A stretch of DNA of 64,000 nucleotides from an uncultured virus (IMG/VR IMGVR_UViG_3300001518_000034) (taxonomy: Duplodnaviria > Heunggongvirae > Uroviricota > Caudoviricetes), in the IMG/VR virus record IMGVR_UViG_3300001518_000034. One strand, given 5' to 3'. The translations under genes and the position numbers were made by a program. The notes below the pieces were generated by a model. It was not told the DNA's origin and searched no databases. It saw only the letters and a list, made by a program, of their open reading frames with translations. How positions within the stretch are numbered: the first letter of the stretch is position 1; the number at the start of each line of letters is the position of its first letter. This document shows, one piece after another, positions 30,298 to 39,792 of this stretch.

Positions 30298-30333
30298 ACA
30301 TAATAAATATAGAATTAATTTTTAAAAATTCAA
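30298..30333 (-). promoter_or_regulatory. Phage promoter TTGAA-N16-CTATATT-N4-ATGT upstream of the sigma / internal-protein operon
   Basis: Minus strand reads ttgaa-tttttaaaaattaatt-ctatatt-tatt-atgt. Confidence 0.7.
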
Positions 30334-30427
30334 TAAATTTCATAAAAAAATTATATTTTTTAATTGAAAAGATATAATTAATAATTCTATATTATATTAA
30401 ATAAAAATAAATTTTATTAAAATATTC

Positions 30428-30937
30428 ATGCAAAAATTCTTTTCGAATTTCTTAATATATAAAATAATTGCATTTATACAGAGTATCTTTAGTTATATTC
30501 ATGATTATAAATTAATATCTGATACATTATATAGTCGTCAGTTCAACATGGTAATTATGAAATATCTAAGATGTGAATTAGATAAAGACTGGCTTGGAAG
30601 ATTATATGGTATAGTTAATCCAATTATTGATATTAATGGTAAATTAGATATATCATCAATGATATTAGAAATAGATGATTATCAAACAAATAATGAAGAA
30701 TATGTTAAAAGTTGGATATATAAGCAAATGACATTAATTAGTTCATTATTTAAAATTGAAAAATTATATGATTATATATCTTTAGATATTAAACATGTTG
30801 GACCTGAAAATCATGACAATTATTTATTAGTATTTGATATCACTTCACGAAAATATATGGCATATTGTTTTAAAAGAATGATTTGGCATAGTTTTATATA
30901 TCTTATAATTATAGGTGGAATATTAATATTCGTTTAA
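30428..30937 (+). CDS. Hypothetical protein with a C-terminal TM anchor
   Basis: 169 aa; hydrophobic C-terminus. Confidence 0.65.
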   Translation: MQKFFSNFLIYKIIAFIQSIFSYIHDYKLISDTLYSRQFNMVIMKYLRCELDKDWLGRLYGIVNPIIDINGKLDISSMILEIDDYQTNNEEYVKSWIYKQMTLISSLFKIEKLYDYISLDIKHVGPENHDNYLLVFDITSRKYMAYCFKRMIWHSFIYLIIIGGILIFV

Positions 30938-30967
30938 CGAATAACTAAATATATATTTATTATTTTA

Positions 30968-31501
30968 ATGAATCAATTAGAAAAACAAAAGGAGTTAGAA
31001 GTCTATAAAAGATTAATTGACTCTAAAACATTAGAAGAAGTACTTGAAATTGAAAAGGAACTTGTAAAGGATGCCGACAAAATTAATGAAAAAATTCAAA
31101 AGTATGAATTTAAATTAGCTTCTAAAGGATATAAAGAAGCAGCAGAAGCAATTCGTTATTTCTTGGATCAACAATCAGTAACATGGCAATTTACCGTTGG
31201 AATGATTACAATGTATGAATTCTGGAATCCTTCAAAGAATCCTAAGATAGTACTTTATCCTATGTTTGATGGAACACTTCGCACATTAGGCGAACTTAAG
31301 TTTAAAGGTTATCAAGAATGGAAATATGTTGTTACGATTAATGATTATTTCAAAGATCTTCGTGATGAATATGCTGAATTAACACAAGAAATTTGGGATA
31401 ATGCAGCAAAGCATAATATTATTTGTGATCGTATTCAACTTTTAGATCCTGAAAAAGCTAATGAAAATGGTACTGCTCCTGTAGAAGTACGTAGTGAATA
31501 A
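30968..31501 (+). CDS. Hypothetical protein
   Basis: 177-aa ORF followed by a hairpin at 31512-31546. Confidence 0.7.
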   Translation: MNQLEKQKELEVYKRLIDSKTLEEVLEIEKELVKDADKINEKIQKYEFKLASKGYKEAAEAIRYFLDQQSVTWQFTVGMITMYEFWNPSKNPKIVLYPMFDGTLRTLGELKFKGYQEWKYVVTINDYFKDLRDEYAELTQEIWDNAAKHNIICDRIQLLDPEKANENGTAPVEVRSE

Positions 31502-31662
31502 AAACATATTATTGTCCTATAATTTCTTTATGATTTTATAGGACAAAAATGTCATTATGGAATTATTAATAACAAATTATACTATTGAAGATTATTTGCA
31601 AAGATCATTAATACAACAACTAACCGAAACAATTAATCAAAATATTATTGAAAGACTAAAAA

Positions 31663-32268
31663 ATGGAACGTAAATTTTATATTGATATTATAGAAGATGG
31701 AAAAATTCAAATATATACTTTTGAAAATAATCAAAAATATATAATAAATGAAAATAAAACCAATGATGAAATGAAAGTTGCCATTGTTGGTAGTAGATCT
31801 ATAAGATATAATCCAATATTACCAGAAACTTTATTTAGATGTTTTGTTCATATATTTGGAAAACCTACTAAAATTATTTCTGGCGGTGCAAAAGGTATAG
31901 ATTCATTTGCAGAAGATTTTGCACATGTATATAATATTGAATTACAAGTATTCAAACCAGATTGGGCTAAATATGGTAAAAAAGCAGGTTTTATACGTAA
32001 TGAAAATATAATAAAGAATTGCGATATTTGTTTAGCTATTTGGGATGGTAAGTCACATGGAACTAAGCATGATATAGAATTATGTGAACAATATAAGAAA
32101 GATTTAGTATTATATAATTTACAGGAGCACATTCTAGGGCAGTTTAATGGATTTTACTATAAACAATATGATAAAGAACAAGAAATTCATTTCGAGAACA
32201 CTGGAATGCCTCAGGTTAAACAAAAATATAATAGATGGTTACCACAACCAGGTATTATATCTGTTTAA
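31663..32268 (+). CDS. SLOG superfamily (YspA/DUF2493-like) protein
   Basis: MKVAIVGSR, IISGGAKGIDSFA, PDWAKYGKKAGFIRN and WDGKSHGTKH motifs. Confidence 0.85.
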   Translation: MERKFYIDIIEDGKIQIYTFENNQKYIINENKTNDEMKVAIVGSRSIRYNPILPETLFRCFVHIFGKPTKIISGGAKGIDSFAEDFAHVYNIELQVFKPDWAKYGKKAGFIRNENIIKNCDICLAIWDGKSHGTKHDIELCEQYKKDLVLYNLQEHILGQFNGFYYKQYDKEQEIHFENTGMPQVKQKYNRWLPQPGIISV

Positions 32269-32528
32269 TGGCTACTAAACTTAAAAAATCTGAATTAGTT
32301 CCAAAATCTAAATTAGGTATAGACAAAACATTTAAAATTTGTTGGAATTGTATGTTCTGGAATGAAAAAACTGGAAGATGTCCATGGATTCCTGATAAAT
32401 TTTCAAAACCTCCAACAGATTATTCTAATTTTCCATATAATCATGTTTGCCCAAATAAAAGATCATTTAGATATAGGTTAGATTATTTAAAAGAAGATTA
32501 TGATAAATTTGTATATAAAGAAGAATAA
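32268..32528 (+). CDS. Hypothetical Cys-containing protein
   Basis: Likely start at the TAATG overlap (MATKLKK); CWNC..C..C. Confidence 0.55.
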   Translation: MATKLKKSELVPKSKLGIDKTFKICWNCMFWNEKTGRCPWIPDKFSKPPTDYSNFPYNHVCPNKRSFRYRLDYLKEDYDKFVYKEE

Positions 32529-32551
32529 AGGAGTAACTTAAGTTACTCCTT
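32528..32551. terminator. Perfect 24-bp palindrome, bidirectional terminator between convergent genes
   Basis: aaggagtaactt|aagttactcctt. Confidence 0.7.
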
Positions 32552-33667
32552 ATTTATTTGTATTTCACCACAACCAATACATACATCATAAGTCTCATCA
32601 TATAATGTACAAAATTGTCCTGGTGCCATTGTTAAAGGTGTATCTGATATAATCTTCACATCCTTATCAGAATCACAATAAAGCATCTTACCAGAATAAA
32701 TTGTTGGTGAATGACGAATCTTAAATTTAATATTACATATTAATCTAAAATCCTGCTCACCATCCCAAGTACGATGTAAATAATCATCTATCATATTCTT
32801 TGTAAGCCAATTTATATCTCTACAATAAAACTCACTTACATCTGCTTGATTTTGATTAAGAGATACATAAACAATATTCTTGTCAATATCCTTTTTTACT
32901 ACATACCAAGGACCACCTGGTAAACCTAATCCCTTTCGTTGACCAATAGTGTGGAACCAATGTCCATAATGATCACCAATTTTCCTATTAGTATTTATAT
33001 CGATTATATCACCCTTTTTCTTTCCAAGATATTGCTCAATATACTCATTATAATTAATCTTACCAAGAAAACAAATACCTTGTGAATCCTTACGCTTTGC
33101 ATTAATAAGATGATTCTCTTCAGCTATTTCACGAACCTCAGTCTTTGTTAAATATCCAATAGGAAACAATATTTTTGATATTGGAACCTTCTTTGTATCA
33201 ATATTTGCTATAAAATCAACTTGATCTTTTACTGGATCTGTTGCAGGACTTATCCACCACTCCTGATTATCTATATCACCATATGCTGTTCTTGTTGCAT
33301 AATGACCAGTTGCTATATAATCATACTTATATCCAATCTTATCATAAAATGCACCAAACTTTATAATAGTATTACACATAACATCAGGGTTTGGTGTTAG
33401 TCCATTACGTACCTTTTCCATTGTATACTTGACAACCTCATCCCAATACTCTTTATGAAGATCAATTATGTCAAATTTTACCCCATAACGACTAGTAACG
33501 GCCTTACACATCTCAACATCCTCATCAGATGTACAACTATATGTGTCATCCTTATCTGGACCTATATGTATATAATAACAATCAGGCTTTAAACTAGCTT
33601 GACAAAGCATATGTAATGCTACTGACGAATCAACTCCACCCGAAAGTAAAAGTGCTATCTTACTCAT
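32543..33667 (-). CDS. mnmA: tRNA-specific 2-thiouridylase MnmA
   Basis: PP-loop SGGVDS, NPDVMCN (catalytic Cys), ATGHYA, DPVKDQ, DSQGICF, TIGQRKGLG and APGQ. Confidence 0.95.
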   Translation of the reverse strand: MSKIALLLSGGVDSSVALHMLCQASLKPDCYYIHIGPDKDDTYSCTSDEDVEMCKAVTSRYGVKFDIIDLHKEYWDEVVKYTMEKVRNGLTPNPDVMCNTIIKFGAFYDKIGYKYDYIATGHYATRTAYGDIDNQEWWISPATDPVKDQVDFIANIDTKKVPISKILFPIGYLTKTEVREIAEENHLINAKRKDSQGICFLGKINYNEYIEQYLGKKKGDIIDINTNRKIGDHYGHWFHTIGQRKGLGLPGGPWYVVKKDIDKNIVYVSLNQNQADVSEFYCRDINWLTKNMIDDYLHRTWDGEQDFRLICNIKFKIRHSPTIYSGKMLYCDSDKDVKIISDTPLTMAPGQFCTLYDETYDVCIGCGEIQINKE

Positions 33668-33699
33668 TTTTTAATTAATTTAAAAAATTATTCATTTTA

Positions 33700-34011
33700 T
33701 TATATTTTATAATTATTTCTATTGAATATATTAATAAGATATTCATTTTCATTTTTTCCTTTTTCAATTCCATATCCTTTAAGGAGAAGCAATGCTTCAA
33801 TCATTCCAGGTAAATTTCCTGTGGGTGCATCTCCAAAAAGTGAAAACTGAATACAACCGTTTTTAATACAAAGTTCGATTTGACTATCTATAAAGTCAAA
33901 ATATCTTTTATAAACTTCTTGATTAATTGGAAGATCATTATTAATCTTTTTATAAATTCCATCAATAATTTCTTGACGAACATGTTCTACACTTTTAATA
34001 GTACCTATCAT
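33700..34011 (-). CDS. Hypothetical protein
   Basis: Likely start at ATG 34011 (MIGTIKS) rather than 34083. Confidence 0.55.
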   Translation of the reverse strand: MIGTIKSVEHVRQEIIDGIYKKINNDLPINQEVYKRYFDFIDSQIELCIKNGCIQFSLFGDAPTGNLPGMIEALLLLKGYGIEKGKNENEYLINIFNRNNYKI

Positions 34012-34137
34012 CTTTTTGTATAATTTTAATCGTTTGCAGTATAATTTAATATTACGAAATTTACAATATACTCTAATAACCAAGGCTGAATATAATCAAC
34101 TAATTTATCATTTTCTAGTGCATCAATTATTTCTTGA

Positions 34138-35729
34138 TTAGTCATACTTAACTTTAAAATGCTTTAATATTTTTTCCAATTCCACCATAGCATAACCACA
34201 ATAATTAGTTTCAGCTATGCTTGTTCTCGTAGAACGATATTTTCTTTTATTAATATTATATCTCTTTAAAATATAATTTATAACTTCATTATTATCCATT
34301 ATTTCTTTCCTATTAAAATATTATACATTGCATTCATAGCTTCAATATGATTATGTTCTGCTTTTTCTTTTTCTATATCTTCAGCAACTCCTTCAAGGAA
34401 ATGAATTAATTCCCATACTTTCTTAATACTTCTCATAATCAAATAAAAAAATAGTTTTTCATTGTTGCCCGAAGTGACTTAATATCATCTTCGGTAATTT
34501 CATTCTTTCGACCTTCAATATATCCTTCAAGCCAAAATGATGCTATTTGAAGAGCCATTGTATTCTTTTGACCATTAAGAGCTTCTGTTCCAAATACAAC
34601 AGCTCTATCTATAATTTCTAAAACTTCAAATTCATTAATCTTATACATACTTTTCTCCGTCTTTTACATTACAAATATAAACTCCTTTCCAAAATGTTGC
34701 CCAATATAAAGCAATCATTTGAGCTATCGTAACTTGATTTGTTTCATCACTATATATTTCATTACATGATAATTCTTTATCACTAGTAATTAAATAAAAG
34801 TGTTTAGATTTTATAATTTTCCAAATTGCTTTAAGCTTATTCATACTCATTCATTTACTTCGCATTCTCTATTATTTGCACCATTCTCATAAGCTTTCTC
34901 TGCTATTTCTGTAACAATATCAAATATTTTTATAATATCTTTCTCTTTTTTTATTGCTAATTTATTTAATAAAGGAAGTAATTTATTTTCGAAAATCTTA
35001 CCAGGATCATCTTTTCCCCAATAATCACTAAGACCCATATAATATTTAATATATTCCATTTTTAAAATATATCTTTATAATATTTCTTATCTAATTTTTC
35101 TTGTGTCCAAAATTTGCCTTCATGACAAATTAATTTAATATTATGATTTTCTCTAAGTAATCTAATTATTTTAAGAGTTTCCATATATGCTGTTAAATAT
35201 TCTTTTGAATTATTAACAGTATTTTTATTTCTTTGTAAATCTTGTATCTGATCAGATATTAAAAGTTGTAATCTTACTAATGTTTCATCCATATTAAAAC
35301 ATTCCTTTAAAATTTTCCATTACAAATTTCTTAGCTTCTAAATAAATGTTAACCTTTTCTAAAACATATGAAGGATTATTTAAATCTTGTACAGAAAGAA
35401 GATTATAATCAATCATAGTCTTGATAATATCCAAAAGTTTTTCTTCGTATGTCATAGTATTAATCATTTACAAGATGAAACTGTGAAAGATCTCGCTGAC
35501 CATAAGGTTTCTTACATTCTTCAATATATTTCAGAACAATCTTCTTAGTCTTTGAATAATCTCCATTAGGATCTCCTTTCATCCACACTTTCCAATTCTT
35601 ATGCTGCCAATTTCCACCTATAATATTAAAATCATCAATAGAATAATTAAATTCTTTATTACGTTGAGAATCATATAATTCTCTTACCTCATTAATTCTT
35701 TTTTGTTCATCAGAAATAATTCGTTTCAT
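34138..35729 (-). other. Run of tightly packed small hypothetical ORFs (e.g. 34138-34299, 34439-34648, 34641-34850, 34847-35059, 35062-35292, 35460-35729)
   Basis: Co-directional, overlapping or abutting 50-90 aa ORFs downstream of the promoter at 35748-35783. Confidence 0.65.
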
Positions 35730-35747
35730 AATATATCTAATTTAATT

Positions 35748-35783
35748 ACATTATAAATATAGTAAAACCCAGGAAAAATTCAA
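35748..35783 (-). promoter_or_regulatory. Phage promoter TTGAA-N16-CTATATT-N4-ATGT overlapping the terminator hairpin aacccaggaa...ttcctgggtt
   Basis: Exact motif on the minus strand. Confidence 0.7.
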
Positions 35784-35799
35784 TTCCTGGGTTATTATA

Positions 35800-36882
35800 T
35801 TATATATTTTCTATATATAATTTTATTAAATCAGAACAATTATCAACATCATCTTTTTGTACTATTTCAACTTGTGTATGCATATTACGAATAGGTATAC
35901 CAAGATGAGCTGTTGTACAATCTTTAGCATTTATTTGTAAAGCTGAACAATTATTTCCACCTACCTTTGAAACTTGTTCTTGATATGATATTGCAAACTT
36001 ATTAGCTATATCCTTTAAATCATTTATAAGTGTATAATTAGAATGTGGACCATAATCAATTACTACACCTTTACCCATCTCTACATTTCCAAATTTGTCT
36101 TTAGAAACAAATGTACCTTTACCTGTATCAAAAGTTACATCTACATCTATCGAAATATCGGGTTGTATATATTTAGCAGCTACTATTGCTCCACGTAGTC
36201 CAACCTCTTCTTGAGATAGCCATCCTAAAATAACTTTGATATTTTTATTGATAAGTATTGTTTCATCCAAATCTAAAAATGCTGCCGTTACTGCATATAT
36301 ACCAATTTTATCATCCAATCCATTTGAAACAATCTTATCTTCTTTAGGACCAAATGATATATTAACATCCTTTTTGAATACGATAACTGAACCTATATGA
36401 ATACCAAGTTCTTTGACTTCATCTTTTGAAGAAGCCCCAATATCCACAAGCATTTTATCGTATTCATCTACCTTTTCTCTTTCATCTTTAGATTCTTTAT
36501 GTAATGGCTTCTTACCAATAATACCTGGAATAAGTTTCTTTTGAGTTATATCGTCTTTATCCCATTCATCACTAATTACAAATACATGTGATCCTTCAAT
36601 CGTCTTTTTATCAAGACCACCAAGATTAATCACATTAAGAAAACCATTATCAGTAATATTTACAACCTGCAAAGCATTCTCATCATAGTGTGCAGATATA
36701 AATACTTTCAAAGCATTTTCTTTTTCACTACCTCTTTCAAAATATAAATTACCTATATTATCATTATAATGTTTAAATGTAAATAAGTAATTTTGTCTTA
36801 TATTGTATATTTTACCTAAACGTTCATAACCAGAGGGAGTATAGGTTTCGAGTAATTCACATAAAAAATTAGTATATTTCAT
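35800..36882 (-). CDS. M42 family metallo-aminopeptidase
   Basis: TPSGYE, SAHYDE, LGGLD, GLDDKIG, QEEVGLRGA, IDVDVT and IPIRNMHTQVE motifs. Confidence 0.9.
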   Translation of the reverse strand: MKYTNFLCELLETYTPSGYERLGKIYNIRQNYLFTFKHYNDNIGNLYFERGSEKENALKVFISAHYDENALQVVNITDNGFLNVINLGGLDKKTIEGSHVFVISDEWDKDDITQKKLIPGIIGKKPLHKESKDEREKVDEYDKMLVDIGASSKDEVKELGIHIGSVIVFKKDVNISFGPKEDKIVSNGLDDKIGIYAVTAAFLDLDETILINKNIKVILGWLSQEEVGLRGAIVAAKYIQPDISIDVDVTFDTGKGTFVSKDKFGNVEMGKGVVIDYGPHSNYTLINDLKDIANKFAISYQEQVSKVGGNNCSALQINAKDCTTAHLGIPIRNMHTQVEIVQKDDVDNCSDLIKLYIENI

Positions 36883-37121
36883 GATATTTTAGATATTTTT
36901 TTAAAATTAATTTTTGAATTATCCCATTTAATATTGAAATCTATAACAATATCATTACCGAGATTCATTGTCAAAATATCTTTATCATAATCATAAGTTG
37001 TTGAGAATATACAATCAGATAATATTCTATCGATTATATATTCCTTTGTTATTGAAAATGTATTAAGATATGATTTATTTAAAAAATTATTAATTATGTT
37101 TGATTTGACTTCTTCATACAT
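36879..37121 (-). CDS. Hypothetical protein
   Basis: 80-aa ORF overlapping the peptidase start. Confidence 0.55.
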   Translation of the reverse strand: MYEEVKSNIINNFLNKSYLNTFSITKEYIIDRILSDCIFSTTYDYDKDILTMNLGNDIVIDFNIKWDNSKINFKKISKIS

Positions 37122-37122
37122 A

Positions 37123-37374
37123 TTAATCTTTCCAATCTATAAAGTTTTCGATCAAAAATGAACGCCATCCATTAGAATCTGTATCATAATAACGAATTTG
37201 ATTATCTGGTACTATAATTTCTTTATTACCCTTAGGAATATTATCTTCACCCATAATATCGATATTCAAAGTACCATGGGCAGTTCTTGTTTCACCATTC
37301 TTTTTCTTATACTCAAACTCTACAACTCTTTTATGTAGAGCATTTTTAAATTTTATTATATATGTTTCATTCAT
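37123..37374 (-). CDS. SH3/WYL_2-like (DUF2693) beta-barrel protein
   Basis: VVEFEYKKKNGETRTAHGTL...YYDTDSNGWRSF. Confidence 0.8.
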   Translation of the reverse strand: MNETYIIKFKNALHKRVVEFEYKKKNGETRTAHGTLNIDIMGEDNIPKGNKEIIVPDNQIRYYDTDSNGWRSFLIENFIDWKD

Positions 37375-39726
37375 ATTATATATAGAATTTTATTTGTTTT
37401 TTGATAATAATCTACTCTATCAGGTATTTCTAAATTAAAATACAATGCAAAAAACACTAAACTAATAATTGTCCATATATTAATATACCCAAAAATGATT
37501 ATTAAAAAATTAGATATTGATATTAATATAGCGGTTATTAGCATAACATCTAAAAAACAATAATAAATTTTATTTTTCATAAATCTTCATTAAAATAAAT
37601 TCTTGGTGTATTTCCTTCCATTTCAATTTTCCACCTGTTCCACCAGTGTTTCTTATATTCTTTTATAAAATAAGTTATACCACCAGCTTTATATTTAACA
37701 TATCTTTCTTTCATAATTACATGTTTGATTGGTGGAGTCTATCATACTTAAATGTTACATCGAATGCAGTCATAGAATTCATATACGGGAAAACATAAAG
37801 TATATCATCCCAATTATCTGAACCATAATGTCTTACACAAAATTTCAAATCTTTATCAAGACAAGCATAAGCATCATGTGGTCTATGCATTCCTTTGAAA
37901 TTATCTTCAAAAACATCAATAGGAACAATTCCTCCATCCCTTATGACCCTTTTAAGACTTTTAATCTCTCGTGAAATATTTGAAAGAACTGTATCTATAG
38001 ATATATCTGATTCTCCTGTGAATTCTTTATGACTAAAAGAACTCATCATAATATCAAGTAAAGCATTTCCTTGTGCTTCGCCTCCACCTGCATAAAGATT
38101 ATCATTAATATCTTTTATACGATCTTCAAAACTTTTATTTTTTAAATCTCCCATATCAATAATAACCTGTTTTTTTCAAATTTATTTTAATATTACCAAT
38201 TGAAATATACCAAAAGAACAAAGCAAAACTTAATTCCCAAGATGTTGGGGTTGTATTTGTTTTATGCATCCATGTAATATTAATTAATGGTAAAATACAA
38301 AAACTATCAATTAATCTACCACAATTAAAATAATCTTTCATATTATTACAATTTTAATCCACCAAAATGAATTCCATCTTTATTTAAAAACATTCCACCA
38401 CCTAAACCAATTCCTGCATTAATTCCTTCGTGGTTAAAATAAAGACCAAAACCTTCACTATCTTTCTTTTTATTTTTATCTTTCATAATTATAACATTTA
38501 TTATTTTAATGCTTACAGTATCGCCTTACACTATCCCAAACTTCTTCTTTAAGAGCTATTTCATCAGAACCATCATATATCCAATGATAAGAATCATAAG
38601 AATCTCTTTCTACTTTTTTGGAAAACATTCCACAAGATTTGCATTTTATTTCTGCCCAAAATGGTATAACAATAGAATCACCACCACCTTTATGAAAGTT
38701 CAGTTCCAAATTACCACCACAAACAGGGCATTTTGCCAAAGCGATTTCTTCATTTAATTTTTCTTCACGTTCAGCATATTGTATCTGACGTTTAAGTAGT
38801 TCTTTATCAAACATAATTACAACATTTTAAGTAAATCATTAATTTTTCGTAGTTTATAATTAATTATTATAAAGTTCATTAGTTCGATTAATTATTTTTT
38901 GTAGATTCTCATCATCCATTCCTTCAAGAATATAAGATGTAATACAATCCAAGGAACCATGATGAGTTTTACAAGCAGTTTCCCATTTCTTCCACATATG
39001 ATCACCAAGACTATACTTCCATTTTTCAGGATCAAAATCAGAACCATTAATTACATAATTACATTCTCCTTTTGACCATTTACAACAAAAATATTGAAGT
39101 ACTTGTCTAAATTCTTTCGTAGTCATAATTAATTATTATTTATCACCAACTTCTATCATATCTAAATTCATAATCAGCACACATACTATCTATAGCACAA
39201 AGGATATCACTAGGAATAGATACATTAATACCTGATTTACGATTATTAATAAAATTTCTAACTTTTTTAACTTCTTCTCTTGTAACCATGACTAATATAT
39301 ATTTAAATTAATTAAAGGAGACCCAAATTAAAAACTTGGATCTCTATATTCATCTGCTTTTCCAAAATGAACTCCACCAGTGGCCCAAAGTGAATTGCCT
39401 TCCTGAATCCATCGACCATTTTTACGAAGCTTAAATACTGCACCAATTGGAACAATAGATGTACGTTCTTTATTTACTCGAGCATAATTTTTCATATCCT
39501 TAAGATATTCATTATCATTCTCATCAACTAAACGATTATTGTCATAATCATTGTCAGTCATATTGGCAATTCGTACCGCTTTAGGAGAAATAATTTCAGT
39601 AATAACTACTGCATAACGATCAGAACCTACAAATTCTGTACCACAAAGTCCAACATAAAGATTACTGTTGTCTGATTTACGTACATTCATTACTTCACCA
39701 ACCATAGAAACAGGAATACTATTCAT
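37371..39726 (-). other. Cluster of small hypothetical ORFs (37371-37580 membrane, 37717-38154, 38156-38341, 38860-39126, 39328-39726)
   Basis: Co-directional ORFs downstream of the promoter at 39758-39785. Confidence 0.6.
38506..38814 (-). CDS. Zinc-ribbon protein (Lar restriction-alleviation-like pattern)
   Basis: CPVCGG...AEIKCKSCG. Confidence 0.5.
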   Translation of the reverse strand: MFDKELLKRQIQYAEREEKLNEEIALAKCPVCGGNLELNFHKGGGDSIVIPFWAEIKCKSCGMFSKKVERDSYDSYHWIYDGSDEIALKEEVWDSVRRYCKH

Positions 39727-39757
39727 ATTAAATATATTTTTGGTTATTTACAATTAT

Positions 39758-39785
39758 AATATAGAACATTATATAAAAAATTCAA
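39758..39785 (-). promoter_or_regulatory. Phage promoter TTGAA-N16-CTATATT
   Basis: Motif on the minus strand upstream of 39726. Confidence 0.7.
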
Positions 39786-39792
39786 TTAAATA

